From Gammaproteobacteria bacterium (GTDB lineage: Bacteria > Pseudomonadota > Gammaproteobacteria > Steroidobacterales > JABDLF01): 60,340 nucleotides of DNA. The stretch covers positions 1 to 60,340 of the forward strand of contig JBFIQI010000002.1 of assembly GCA_041609715.1 (NCBI GenBank), in the 5' to 3' direction. Positions 1 through 9,208 of the stretch are shown one piece after another; position 1 is the stretch's first letter, and each line of letters opens with the position of its first letter. The position numbers were made by a program, and so were the translations under genes. The notes under the pieces are model-generated. The model made no database searches. It was not told where the DNA came from and worked only from the letters and a program-made list of their open reading frames with translations.

Positions 1-2
1 AG

Positions 3-278
3 GATCTGGGGCACAACTGGTTGCGGGTAACTTTGCGAGGCAAGCCGCCCAACACTTCTGCCATTGGTGCCAGGGTCGAATTGCAGGCGGCTGAGAGCAG
101 GCAGTTGCGGGTCGTGAATCCGTCACGCAGCTACCTTTCCCAGGTGGAGCTGCCCGTCACCTTTGGCCTTGGCGATTATCAGGGCCCGCTGCTTATTACC
201 GTTTCGTGGCCGGGTGGCGAGCAGAGTCGCCATGAAGTGCCGCCGGGTCAGCAGCGGCTTGCCATCAGCCAGCCCTGA
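3..278 (+). CDS. C-terminal fragment of an ASPIC/UnbV-domain (CRTAC1/FG-GAP-type) protein; the 5' end lies outside the window
   Basis: Frame 3 is open from the window edge (DLGHNWLRVTLRGKPPNTSAIGARV...). The NHWL-V-L-G...N-AIGA-V string is typical of the ASPIC/UnbV C-terminal domain. Stop codon at 276-278. Confidence 0.6.
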   Translation, partial: DLGHNWLRVTLRGKPPNTSAIGARVELQAAESRQLRVVNPSRSYLSQVELPVTFGLGDYQGPLLITVSWPGGEQSRHEVPPGQQRLAISQP

Positions 279-1442
279 TCAGCCGGAGTCCGGCGCTTGC
301 TTGCGCAGCAACACCCGTGTGGGTGGGGCTGCGCGCAAAACCCTGGCAATACGCTCGGCGGCATGGCCGTCACCGTAGGGATTGTCGACGCCCCGCTCCT
401 GCAACTCGCGCCTGAATTTCAGAGAAGACGCCAGCGTCACGGCCTGCAATATCGCGTCCCTGTCGGGCTCCGCATCGACGATGTTGGCGGCTCGTTCTCT
501 GCCCGCCTGGCGCTGCCCTATGTTCACGGTGGGCAGTTGCAGTGCCGGTGTCTCCATGATGCCGCTGCTGGAGTTGCCCAGCATCAGATCGGCTTCACGC
601 AGCAGGGCCCAGAATGCCAGGTGTGGCAGGTTGACGAACACATGGGCATCGGCGTGCTCGTTGCAAAAGACCCGGGCGCGCCTGATCAGCTCACGGGAGC
701 CGGCATCAGCGTTGGGGAAGCAAAACAGCAATTGCCGGGGCATCGCCGCCAACGCCGAGTAGACGGCGTCTGCTTCACACAGCGTATCCCTGGCCAGGGT
801 GACCGGGTGGTAAGAGACAACTACGGCCTCGGGCGCCAGCGAGATGCCCATCAGCGCTTCCAGTTCCTGGCGGCTTGGCAGCTTGCTTTTCTGCAGATGA
901 TCCAGTGATGGTGCGCCGGTGCAATGCACTCGCCAGGGTGCTTCGCCCATGGCGATTACCCGTTCGGTTGCCTGGCGCGTCGGTGTGAAATGCAAATGCG
1001 CGAGCTTGGTGATGGCATTGCGAACGGCGTCATCGATGGCGCCTGCGCTGACCTCGCCGCCCTCGATATGTGCCATGGGAATCCTCAGCGCGCAGGCTAT
1101 TGCCGCCGGCGCCAGCAATTCGTAACGGTCTGCGATCAGCAACAGTATGTCGGGGCGTAGGCGTGCGAGTACGTCGGTAAAGCCGGCGGCGGCGTTGGCG
1201 ATGGTGCGCGCCATGTCGGTGTCGGTATCACCGTCCGCCAGGCAGGGGACGGTCTCGTGCACCCTGAAGCCTTCGGCACGAATTTGTTCGATGGTATTTC
1301 CGTACTGCTCCGCGAGATGGGCGCCGGTGACAATCAGGCGTAAATCAATATCCGGTGTGTCCCGCAGCGCCCGCAGCGGCCAGTAGAGGTGTCCGTAATC
1401 GGCGCGCGAGGTGCTGACGACAGCGATGCGACGGGCTGACAT
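279..1442 (-). CDS. neuC: UDP-N-acetylglucosamine 2-epimerase (hydrolysing), NeuC-like
   Basis: 387-aa ORF. The N-terminus RIAVVSTSRADYGHLYWPL...LIVTGAHL..YGNT and the size fit NeuC/LegG-type Epimerase_2 enzymes. Confidence 0.7.
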   Translation of the reverse strand: MSARRIAVVSTSRADYGHLYWPLRALRDTPDIDLRLIVTGAHLAEQYGNTIEQIRAEGFRVHETVPCLADGDTDTDMARTIANAAAGFTDVLARLRPDILLLIADRYELLAPAAIACALRIPMAHIEGGEVSAGAIDDAVRNAITKLAHLHFTPTRQATERVIAMGEAPWRVHCTGAPSLDHLQKSKLPSRQELEALMGISLAPEAVVVSYHPVTLARDTLCEADAVYSALAAMPRQLLFCFPNADAGSRELIRRARVFCNEHADAHVFVNLPHLAFWALLREADLMLGNSSSGIMETPALQLPTVNIGQRQAGRERAANIVDAEPDRDAILQAVTLASSLKFRRELQERGVDNPYGDGHAAERIARVLRAAPPTRVLLRKQAPDSG

Positions 1443-1463
1443 GGCGGCTGCTTCTGGCGTCTG

Positions 1464-2777
1464 TCAGTCGCCAGCGGGGGCTACCAGATCTCGCAGGCTG
1501 CGATCGCCGACGGCATCCACGATGGCACGATCTATGGTGCTGCAAAGGGCTTCCACGGCCTGTGCACTGAGGCCGATGCCGCCGTGGGCGGCGTCAGGAG
1601 CATGCCGCACTGCCAGGATGATGTCGTTCACCTTGATACTTTGCAGGTCGCGTCCGGGCAACAGCGTTTCATCCTCGCCCTCGATCAATAGACCGCTGCT
1701 TTGCAGCGAATTGGTCACGTACCAAAGCGCATCGCCGGGCAGCCCGATGCGCGCCGACAGGGTATTGGCCGTCCACCGGCGCTGGCCCTTGCTGAAATCC
1801 TCGCCCACCAGGTACATCACCAGCAACGCCAGTTCTTCGCGCAGCCGATTGCTTAAATAAATGCGCGCATGTCCCGAACGGAGGAATTGCGGGTTCTGAT
1901 GGTAGAAACTGATTTGCGCGCCCAATAGCAGTATCAGCCAGTTGAGGTACAGGAGAATCATGAACAGGACCAGCACCGCGAAGCCGGAATAAATGGCGTC
2001 GTAGCGCGTGGTGGAGGCTGCAAAGCTGGAAAACAGGAAATGCGCACTTGACCAGAGCACGCCAGCGACCGTGGCACCCGCGAGGGCAGAACGAAATTGC
2101 ACTCGGGTATTGGGAATAAAGGTGTAAATGAACACAAAGGCGCTGATGACCAGCAAGAATGGAATCAGTTTGCCCATCAGCAGCAAGGTCGTGCCGAAGG
2201 GCTCGATCTCGACAAGCTTCTGCACCAGGGTATGGCTGCTGATGGAGGCGATGATTCCCAGGGCCGTGAAAATGAGCACGGGTCCCACGAGAATAACCGA
2301 TATGTATGCCGACAATCGGGTGGCAAAATTCGTCGAGGGACGCACGCGCCAGATGTGATTAAAACCGTCCTCGATCTTGCGCACCAGAGAAATGACCATG
2401 TACAGCAGGAACGCCAGGCCCACGGAACCGAGCACATCGACGCGCACGTTGTCCACAAAAGTCACCAGATTGCGCGCCAGTTCCTCGCCCTTGGGTCCCA
2501 GTGGCTCGGCCATTCGATACAGCAGAGGTTCAACCTGCCGGTGCACACCGAAGCCCTTGAGCACGGAAAAACTCAATGCAATAAGGGGTACCAGCGATAA
2601 CAGCGTGGTGTAAACCAGGCTCATTGCACGCAAGGTGAGCTGGCCGTCGAGTACATCGCGCACCAGTGCGACCACGTAACGACCGGTTCGCACAGCCCAG
2701 CTCAGTGGCAGCGGCGCGCCTTCCAGCCGTGTGTTCCAGATCAGAGTCTCGAAACGCGCGTAGAGATTTGCCAGCAT
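1464..2777 (-). CDS. YihY/BrkB-family inner membrane protein with a soluble C-terminal extension
   Basis: The ORF is open to 2876, but the first ATG (2775-2777) gives a YihY-like N-terminus, MLANLYARFETLIWN. It has a multi-pass hydrophobic core followed by about 140 aa of non-membrane sequence. Confidence 0.8.
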   Translation of the reverse strand: MLANLYARFETLIWNTRLEGAPLPLSWAVRTGRYVVALVRDVLDGQLTLRAMSLVYTTLLSLVPLIALSFSVLKGFGVHRQVEPLLYRMAEPLGPKGEELARNLVTFVDNVRVDVLGSVGLAFLLYMVISLVRKIEDGFNHIWRVRPSTNFATRLSAYISVILVGPVLIFTALGIIASISSHTLVQKLVEIEPFGTTLLLMGKLIPFLLVISAFVFIYTFIPNTRVQFRSALAGATVAGVLWSSAHFLFSSFAASTTRYDAIYSGFAVLVLFMILLYLNWLILLLGAQISFYHQNPQFLRSGHARIYLSNRLREELALLVMYLVGEDFSKGQRRWTANTLSARIGLPGDALWYVTNSLQSSGLLIEGEDETLLPGRDLQSIKVNDIILAVRHAPDAAHGGIGLSAQAVEALCSTIDRAIVDAVGDRSLRDLVAPAGD

Positions 2778-2864
2778 CTTGATAATCCTCTGTGGACAAG
2801 GGTTACACGGGCAGTCCGGGCCCGCAAGCTTCGGGTAGCTGCTTCGCCGCGTTAAGCTTGGGAC

Positions 2865-3668
2865 ATGCCGAGCCAATATCCGGAAAGAATCGTATGCCTC
2901 ACGGAGGAGACGACCGAAACGCTGTACCTGTTGGGGGAAGAGCGGCGCCTGGTGGGCATATCCGGATTCACCGTGCGTCCGCCACGGGCGCGCAGGGAGA
3001 AGCCCCGGGTATCTGCTTTCACCAGTGCGCGCTTCGACAAAATCATGGCGCTGGAGCCGGATCTGGTACTCGGGTTTTCAGATCTGCAGGCTGACATAGC
3101 GGCCGAACTGGTCAGGCGAGGCGTGGCAGTGCATGTGTTTAATCACCGCAGCGTGGCTGGCATCCTGCGCATGATTCGAATGCTGGCGGGCATGGTGGGT
3201 GCCAGTGATCGTGGCGAAGTGCTGGCCACCGGACTGGAGGAACGGGTTGAGGGCATGCGTGCGGCTGACAGTGCCAACCGGATCAGGCCGCTGGTGTATT
3301 TCGAGGAGTGGGATAGCCCGCAGATTTCGGCGATTCGCTGGGTATCGGAGTTAATTGCCATTGCCGGTGGTCGGGATTGCTTCGAGGAACTGTCCCGGCA
3401 ACCGCTGGGCAAACAGCGCATCATCGCCGATCCTGACGAAGTGGTGCGGCGGGCGCCGGACATCATCATCGGATCGTGGTGCGGCAAGAAATTTCGGCCA
3501 GAAAAAGTTGCAGCACGACCGGGCTGGCAAGCCATACCGGCCGTGCGTAACGGCGAGCTTCATGAAATCAAATCGGCGCTGATCCTGCAGCCCGGGCCCG
3601 CGGCATTGACCGATGGCCTCGACAGTCTTGCAGGTATTATCAGCGACTGGCGGAGGCGGGCAGACTGA
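2865..3668 (+). CDS. BtuF/FecB-like periplasmic-binding-protein-fold protein ('cobalamin-binding protein' type) with no evident signal peptide
   Basis: 267-aa ORF. ERIVCLTEETTETLYLLG...LVGISGF and ...LEPDLVL...DIIIGSWCG are typical of class III (TroA-like) substrate-binding proteins. The N-terminus is not hydrophobic. Confidence 0.6.
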   Translation: MPSQYPERIVCLTEETTETLYLLGEERRLVGISGFTVRPPRARREKPRVSAFTSARFDKIMALEPDLVLGFSDLQADIAAELVRRGVAVHVFNHRSVAGILRMIRMLAGMVGASDRGEVLATGLEERVEGMRAADSANRIRPLVYFEEWDSPQISAIRWVSELIAIAGGRDCFEELSRQPLGKQRIIADPDEVVRRAPDIIIGSWCGKKFRPEKVAARPGWQAIPAVRNGELHEIKSALILQPGPAALTDGLDSLAGIISDWRRRAD

Positions 3669-3671
3669 TTA

Positions 3672-4571
3672 TCAGGTGGTCAGCAGGCGCAGAGCCTCGC
3701 GATACTTTTCGCTGGTTCGGGTGAGAATCTCCTCTGGCAAACGGGGTCCCGGCGGGCGCTTGTCCCAGTCGAGGGTTTCCAGGTAGTCGCGCACGAACTG
3801 CTTGTCGAAGCTGGGTGGACTGATACCTTCGCGATAAGAGTCGGCGGGCCAGAAACGAGAAGAGTCCGGTGTCAGCGCCTCATCGATCAGAACCAGCCTG
3901 TCATCAGCATCGAGCCCGAATTCGAATTTGGTGTCGGCAATGATAATGCCGCGCTGGCGGGCAAATTCTGCGGCAAATTCATACAACGCCAGAGCGGTAT
4001 CCCGCACCTCTTCGGCGCGCTCCTTGCCCAGCAGCTCGCAGGTATCTTCAAAGCTGATGTTCTCGTCGTGTTCGCCCACCTCAGCCTTGCTGGAAGGCGT
4101 GTACAGGGCCTGCGGCAGTTTCTGGGCCAGTTTGAGGCCCTCGGGCAGGGGAATCCCGCAGACCTCGCCGCTGGCCTGGTAATCCTTCCAGCCGGAGCCA
4201 ATCAGGTATCCGCGCACCACGGCTTCCACGGGCAGCGCCCGCAGGCGCTTGACGACCATGCCGCGACCCGCCACCTGGGCCCGTTCCCCGGGATCTGGCA
4301 GCACATTTTCCAGGCTGAGATCAGCCAGGTGGTTGGGCACGATTTGAGTTGTCCTGGCAAACCAGAAGCGGGAAATTTCATTGAGTATTTCACCCTTGCC
4401 GGGAATCGGGTCGGGAAGGATGACATCGAAAGCTGACAGTCGGTCGCTGGTGACAATCAGCATGTGCTCATCATCGATGGCATAAATGTCACGCACCTTG
4501 CCGCTGTGCAGGCGTTTCAGACTTTGCAGGTCAGATTTGTAAAGCGCTTTGGGAGGTGAATCTACAGTCAT
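3672..4571 (-). CDS. purC: Phosphoribosylaminoimidazole-succinocarboxamide (SAICAR) synthase
   Basis: 299-aa [13 protein letters not shown]...[12 protein letters not shown]...GKG and ...[10 protein letters not shown] are SAICAR synthetase signatures (long form). Confidence 0.93.
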   Translation of the reverse strand: MTVDSPPKALYKSDLQSLKRLHSGKVRDIYAIDDEHMLIVTSDRLSAFDVILPDPIPGKGEILNEISRFWFARTTQIVPNHLADLSLENVLPDPGERAQVAGRGMVVKRLRALPVEAVVRGYLIGSGWKDYQASGEVCGIPLPEGLKLAQKLPQALYTPSSKAEVGEHDENISFEDTCELLGKERAEEVRDTALALYEFAAEFARQRGIIIADTKFEFGLDADDRLVLIDEALTPDSSRFWPADSYREGISPPSFDKQFVRDYLETLDWDKRPPGPRLPEEILTRTSEKYREALRLLTT

Positions 4572-4602
4572 TTTGATTCCATTGTTGATTTACGAATAAT
4601 AC

Positions 4603-5079
4603 TCAGTGTTGAACCCGGTCGGCATCCGGATCAATTTCCCGGGGCATGCTTTCCGGGTCCTCGAGCAGTTCCTTGAATCGTTCGGCGGCCTGCGCATCCT
4701 TGTCGATAAACATGCGCCGTACCGTGTCAGCGCCAGCGCGCATGGTATTGTGCGCGTAAACGTCGTCAACGCGATCAACCATCAGGACAAATGAGCGGAT
4801 TTTCTGCTTGCTGCCGGGTTCCAGGAAGCTCATGGCCTGGGAAAGCGCCGACAATTTCTGCTCGCGGCTCAGAGGCCTGGCCGGGCGCAGATTGTCTCCC
4901 AGCCACAGGATCGCGCCGAAAACAAAAAACAGGTAATAGTTGTGAATAACGGGATCATCGAAAGTCTCCGCCGGCACCGGGCTCGCGCAGGCCACGCCGA
5001 ACTGGAAGGCCTGTTCAGCCACCTTGGCGATAAGCTCGGCGTCCGCTGCGCTGGCGGTCGTGTCACTGCTGTCGGCCAT
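4603..5079 (-). CDS. Hypothetical protein
   Basis: The ORF is open to a TTG at 5124. The ATG at 5077-5079 is preceded by AGGA. I recognise no family motif. One hydrophobic segment (YYLFFVFGAILWLG). Confidence 0.45.
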   Translation of the reverse strand: MADSSDTTASAADAELIAKVAEQAFQFGVACASPVPAETFDDPVIHNYYLFFVFGAILWLGDNLRPARPLSREQKLSALSQAMSFLEPGSKQKIRSFVLMVDRVDDVYAHNTMRAGADTVRRMFIDKDAQAAERFKELLEDPESMPREIDPDADRVQH

Positions 5080-5165
5080 GCCGGGGATCCTGTATGGGTG
5101 CTCGTGGGCCGGGAATTCTGGCAACCGGGTCGGGCCGCCGTCAAGGCGTAGCAGGAGAATATGAC

Positions 5166-5969
5166 TTGATTCACGGCTGGACGGGAAAAATCATCGGCGC
5201 ATTCCTGGGCTATATCCTGGGACGAACGCTGGGTGCGCTGCTGGGCCTGATACTGGGCCATCAATTCGATCGCGGATTCCAGAGCTGGGGTCGGCGAGGG
5301 CTGTTCGGGAGCTCGGCCCGCGGCGGCGCCCGGGACCGCACCGTGTTCTTCCGCGCCGCTTTTTCGGTGATGGGTCATCTTGCCAAGGCCGACGGGCGCG
5401 TGTCCGAGCAGGAAATTCAACTTGCCCGCAGCGTCATGTATCACATGCGCCTCAGTCCCGAGCAGGTCAAGGAGGCGATCCAGCTGTTCACGGTGGGCAA
5501 GGCGCCCGGTTTTCCGCTCCGGGAAACCCTGCAGGAGCTGCGTCGCGCAGCAGGGTTCGACCGTGCGCTCATCACCGCATTCATGGAATTGCAGGTGCAG
5601 GCAGCGGCAGCGGACGGGCATATCTCCAGCGCGCGCCGGCAGGTGCTGTGGGAGATCTGCCAGCATCTGGGCGTGTCGCGAGTAGAGCTCGCGCAGATAG
5701 AAGCCCTGATTTTCGCCCAGCGCCATGGACCGCGTGCGGCCCAGGAAAGCAGTTCGGGACTGCGCCAGGCCTACCAGATACTGGGGGTGGCCCCCGAGGC
5801 CAGCGACAAAGCGGTAAAACTGGCGTACCGTCGACTCATGAACCAGCACCACCCCGACAAGCTGATTGCCCGCGGTTTGCCGGAGGAAATGATGCAGGAT
5901 TCCAAAGAGAAAATTCGCGAAATCCGCGCCGCTTATGATGCTGTCAAAGCCAGCCGCCGCCTCAAATGA
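5166..5969 (+). CDS. djlA: Co-chaperone DjlA (TerB-like domain plus C-terminal J domain)
   Basis: N-terminal membrane anchor GKIIGAFLGYILGRTLGALLGLILG. C-terminal J domain AYQILGVAPEASDKAVKLAYRRLMNQHHPDKL. The likely start is the TTG at 5166, preceded by AGGAGAA; the ORF track begins at 5094. Confidence 0.88.
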   Translation: MIHGWTGKIIGAFLGYILGRTLGALLGLILGHQFDRGFQSWGRRGLFGSSARGGARDRTVFFRAAFSVMGHLAKADGRVSEQEIQLARSVMYHMRLSPEQVKEAIQLFTVGKAPGFPLRETLQELRRAAGFDRALITAFMELQVQAAAADGHISSARRQVLWEICQHLGVSRVELAQIEALIFAQRHGPRAAQESSSGLRQAYQILGVAPEASDKAVKLAYRRLMNQHHPDKLIARGLPEEMMQDSKEKIREIRAAYDAVKASRRLK

Positions 5970-6033
5970 GCCGGCTGCAAATGCCTGCGCCTTGGGTTAA
6001 AGTCGGACCCGCCCGAGCTGCCGGAGATTCCGC

Positions 6034-6708
6034 ATGACCGACTACAGGATCGCGCCTTCCATTTTGTCAGCGGACTTCGCGCGTCTCGGCGAAGAGGTCG
6101 ATTCGGTGCTGGCCGCCGGCGCCGATTTTGTCCATTTCGACGTCATGGACAACCATTACGTACCCAACCTGACCATCGGGCCCCTGGTCTGCACGGCGTT
6201 GCGCGAGCATGGCGTAACAGCACCCATTGACGTTCATTTGATGGTCAAGCCGGTGGATCGGATCATTCCCGATTTCGCCGCGGCGGGCGCCACCTACATC
6301 ACCTTCCATCCTGAGGCCAGCGAACATGTCGATCGATCCCTGCAGTTGATTCGGGACCAGGGCTGCAAAGCGGGCCTGGTATTTAATCCGGCGACGCCGC
6401 TGGCGTGGCTGGATCACGTTATCGACCGCCTGGATATGATTCTGATCATGTCGGTGAACCCGGGATTCGGCGGTCAGGCTTTCATCCCCGGGGCGCTGGA
6501 CAAGCTGCGCGACGCGCGGGCCCGCATCGCAGCCAGTGGCCGGGATATCCGTCTGGAAGTGGACGGCGGGATCAAGGTGGATAACATTGGCGAGGCAGCG
6601 GCCGCAGGGGCCGACACATTTGTCGCCGGCTCCGCAATTTTCAATACCGAAGATTATGCTGCGACGATCGCGGCAATGCGCGAGCAGCTGGCGGCCGTTA
6701 AACGCTGA
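6034..6708 (+). CDS. rpe: Ribulose-phosphate 3-epimerase
   Basis: 224-aa [20 protein letters not shown]...[14 protein letters not shown]...[10 protein letters not shown] are canonical Rpe motifs. Confidence 0.95.
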   Translation: MTDYRIAPSILSADFARLGEEVDSVLAAGADFVHFDVMDNHYVPNLTIGPLVCTALREHGVTAPIDVHLMVKPVDRIIPDFAAAGATYITFHPEASEHVDRSLQLIRDQGCKAGLVFNPATPLAWLDHVIDRLDMILIMSVNPGFGGQAFIPGALDKLRDARARIAASGRDIRLEVDGGIKVDNIGEAAAAGADTFVAGSAIFNTEDYAATIAAMREQLAAVKR

Positions 6709-6716
6709 GCGGTGCC

Positions 6717-7391
6717 TTAGCGGGGCGCTGGCGTCAGCTGCATGTTCTCACCCGGGCGAACGTTGTAGATTACAATCGTCTTGCCACTGGCCTGGATCAG
6801 GCCCTGGTTTTCGAGAACCTTGAGGACCCGGCCCGCCATTTCCCGCGAGCAACCAACCAGCCGGCTGAGTTCCTGGCGGCTGACCTTGATCTGCATGCCC
6901 TGCGGATGCGTCATGGCATCCGGTTCACCGCACAGATCGATCAAAGCATGGGCAACGCGCCCGGTAACGTCCACGAAAGCCAGGTCGCTCAGTTTGCGGT
7001 TGGTGCGATCCAGGCGGGTAGCCAGCTGGGTAGCCAGTTCAAATATGAGCCCGGGACTTTCGTTGGCAATCTGGCGGAAACGAGGGTAGGTCATTTCTGC
7101 AAGCTCGCACTCGGTACGCGTCCGCACCCAGGCACTGCGCGTGGGTTTTTCGTAGAACAGACCCATTTCGCCGAAGAATTCACCCTTGTTGAGATAGGCA
7201 AGCACCATTTCGTTGCCGTCTTCGTCTTCGATCATGACTTCGACGGAGCCTTCGACGATAAAGTACAGGATGTCAGGGAGATCACCCGCATGAATCACCG
7301 TCGTTTTGGGAGACACCGTACGAATCCTGCAATAACTCAGAAATCGATTGATGGCAGGAATGTCGGTCAGTTCACGCGTGGACTGGCTCAT
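6717..7391 (-). CDS. crp: cAMP receptor protein (CRP/Vfr-type global regulator)
   Basis: cNMP-binding domain (YFIVEGSVEVMIEDEDGNEMVLAYLNKGEFFGEMGLF) plus a C-terminal HTH (VSRQELSRLVGCSREMAGRVLKVLE). The ATG at 7389-7391 is preceded by GAGGAAG; the ORF track starts 2 codons earlier at a GTG. Confidence 0.9.
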   Translation of the reverse strand: MSQSTRELTDIPAINRFLSYCRIRTVSPKTTVIHAGDLPDILYFIVEGSVEVMIEDEDGNEMVLAYLNKGEFFGEMGLFYEKPTRSAWVRTRTECELAEMTYPRFRQIANESPGLIFELATQLATRLDRTNRKLSDLAFVDVTGRVAHALIDLCGEPDAMTHPQGMQIKVSRQELSRLVGCSREMAGRVLKVLENQGLIQASGKTIVIYNVRPGENMQLTPAPR

Positions 7392-7562
7392 AAACACACT
7401 TCCTCAGGAAGCCTCGAAATCAGGCACAGCGAAGAAGGTATCTTAGACGGCCAGCAAGCTCAAGGGTAAGACTCGCTGGCCGGCGCCAAAAGTGCCTGAT
7501 AAATAAACGAAAGCCACGCGGCATAATGGCCGGGCGCAAAGTACTTTGCGCAACCAGGGTGC

Positions 7563-8207
7563 TCAGATGCGGTAGGCGGTGCGGGTCATCAGGCCCGCGA
7601 CAACGCGCATCAGCCCGCGCACCGGACCGGGCAGTTCTGCGCCACCGGCAGCCTTGGCGGTGTCCCGATGACTGGCCTCGTCAAGTTGCATCTGGCGAAC
7701 GATTTTGCGACTGCGCGAATCTTCCTCGGGAAGCTTGCCAAGATGCTTTTCGAGGTGTTCAACCACCTGCTGCTCGGTTTCTGCCAGAAACCCGAGACTC
7801 CAGCGATCGCCGGCGAGGCCCGCCAATGCGCCAATCGCGAAGGAGCCCGTGTACCACAGTGGATTCAACAGGCTGGGCTGGCTGCCCAGCTCACGGAGCC
7901 GCAGTTCACACCAGGCAAGATGGTCCTGCTCTTCCTGGGCTGCCTCCTCCATCGTGGTTCGCACGTCTTCCAGACGGGCCGTAGCCGCCTGGCCCTGGTA
8001 AAGGGCCTGCGCTGCCACTTCACCGGCATGATTGACCCGCATCAAGCCGGCGGCATGGCGGCGCTCATCGGCAGAAAGCGCGGGCTCCGCAATGTCCCGG
8101 GCCGGGTAGTCTCGCCGCGCGGTGGCCGCAAAACTGGCGCTATGGCGCAGGGCTTTGTCGGCCTCGCTCAGCAAGCGGTCGAGTATCGAGTACTGGCGTG
8201 GGGTCAT
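7563..8207 (-). CDS. coq7: Demethoxyubiquinone hydroxylase (2-nonaprenyl-3-methyl-6-methoxy-1,4-benzoquinol hydroxylase), di-iron Coq7 type
   Basis: 214-aa [20 protein letters not shown] and EEQDHL...[10 protein letters not shown] are Coq7 di-iron carboxylate motifs. Confidence 0.9.
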   Translation of the reverse strand: MTPRQYSILDRLLSEADKALRHSASFAATARRDYPARDIAEPALSADERRHAAGLMRVNHAGEVAAQALYQGQAATARLEDVRTTMEEAAQEEQDHLAWCELRLRELGSQPSLLNPLWYTGSFAIGALAGLAGDRWSLGFLAETEQQVVEHLEKHLGKLPEEDSRSRKIVRQMQLDEASHRDTAKAAGGAELPGPVRGLMRVVAGLMTRTAYRI

Positions 8208-8336
8208 GATGGTGATTATACCGCTGCAGTCGCAGTTTTAGTCGCAGGATGGCGGCTGGTCAGTACAAGAAATTTTACCTTTGCAGCCGCGGTGCTGCAC
8301 TGAAATCCGTATAATGCGCGGCTGATTTCACTTGTA

Positions 8337-8382
8337 GCCTGTCGCGGACCCATGGAGGGCGTGTCGCTGACAGGCGTTTTTT
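8337..8382 (+). terminator. Intrinsic-terminator-like hairpin plus T6 inside the 5' leader of the DUF481 gene
   Basis: GCCTGTCGCG (8337-8346) pairs with CGC-T-GACAGGC (8365-8375, one bulge) and is followed by GTTTTTT (8376-8382). No plus-strand gene lies upstream. Confidence 0.45.
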
Positions 8383-8407
8383 CTGGATTGAATGGGAGTA
8401 TCAGATA

Positions 8408-9133
8408 GTGAAGGCCGTGATTTCGAGAACAGTATTGACTCTTTTGGTCGCCAGTGTGTTTTTTGCAGGCCCGGTGGCCGCAGCGCAACAACAAGGGCCG
8501 TGGTCAGGCAAAGCCGGACTGGGATACCTTGCGACCTCGGGTAACAGCGAAAACAGCAGCCTCAATGCGGTATTCAAGCTTTCCTACGACCTGGAGTCCT
8601 GGCACCACCAGTTCAGCGCGCAGGCCATCGGTAATGTGACCAATGAGGTCACCACTGCAGAACGCTACCAGGCTGGCTTTAAGAGCAAATACGATTTTAC
8701 CCAGCATGACTATATTTTCGGATTGGTCAGCTGGGAGAAGGACCGGTTCAGCGGTTACCGCGAGCAAATGTCAGAAGCCATTGGCTATGGGCGCCGCCTG
8801 TTGAACAGTGAAACCCAGGTGCTGAACGTGGAAATCGGTATCGGTGCCAAGCAGGCCGATCTATCTGATGGTACCCGCGAGACCGGCATGATCGGGCGCG
8901 CCGGTGCGGATTACCTCTGGAGATTCAGCGAATCGGCTGAGTTCTCCCAGCTTTTGGCCATCGAAAACAGCTCTGACAACACCTACATCGAGTCGGTAAC
9001 AGCCGTGAGCGCCAAACTGCTCGAATCGCTGACGCTGGGAATCAGTTACACCATCAAGAACAACAGCGACGTACCGGTGGGGCAGGAAAAAACCGACACC
9101 TACACGGCAGTCAATCTGGAATACGTATTCTGA
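8408..9133 (+). CDS. DUF481-family (YdiY-like) outer membrane beta-barrel protein
   Basis: GTG start with GGGAG upstream. Signal peptide (VLTLLVASVFFAGPVAAAQ). GKAGLGYLATSGNSENSSLN and a C-terminal ...NLEYVF fit DUF481. Confidence 0.8.
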   Translation: MKAVISRTVLTLLVASVFFAGPVAAAQQQGPWSGKAGLGYLATSGNSENSSLNAVFKLSYDLESWHHQFSAQAIGNVTNEVTTAERYQAGFKSKYDFTQHDYIFGLVSWEKDRFSGYREQMSEAIGYGRRLLNSETQVLNVEIGIGAKQADLSDGTRETGMIGRAGADYLWRFSESAEFSQLLAIENSSDNTYIESVTAVSAKLLESLTLGISYTIKNNSDVPVGQEKTDTYTAVNLEYVF

Positions 9134-9208
9134 GTACTGCTTGCCGCCGCCCGGCAGGCGCGGCACACTGTCCTCGCTCCCGTAATGCGGGGGTGAGGGC
9201 GGTGGTCT

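Noticed and set aside
2778-2864. Cobalamin riboswitch upstream of the BtuF-like gene
   Set aside because: Only about 87 nt of intergenic sequence is available, and no B12-box-like core was seen. That is too short for a cobalamin aptamer plus expression platform.
4869-5852. 327-aa minus-strand ORF overlapping djlA
   Set aside because: It is antisense to DjlA, whose J domain and membrane anchor are unambiguous. It would also overlap the separately supported hypothetical gene at 4603-5079 in another frame.
9134-9180. GC-rich hairpin after the DUF481 gene (TGCCGCCGCC...GGCGCGGCA) as a terminator
   Set aside because: No T-run follows it and the stem contains a bulge. I cannot distinguish it from random GC-rich self-complementarity.
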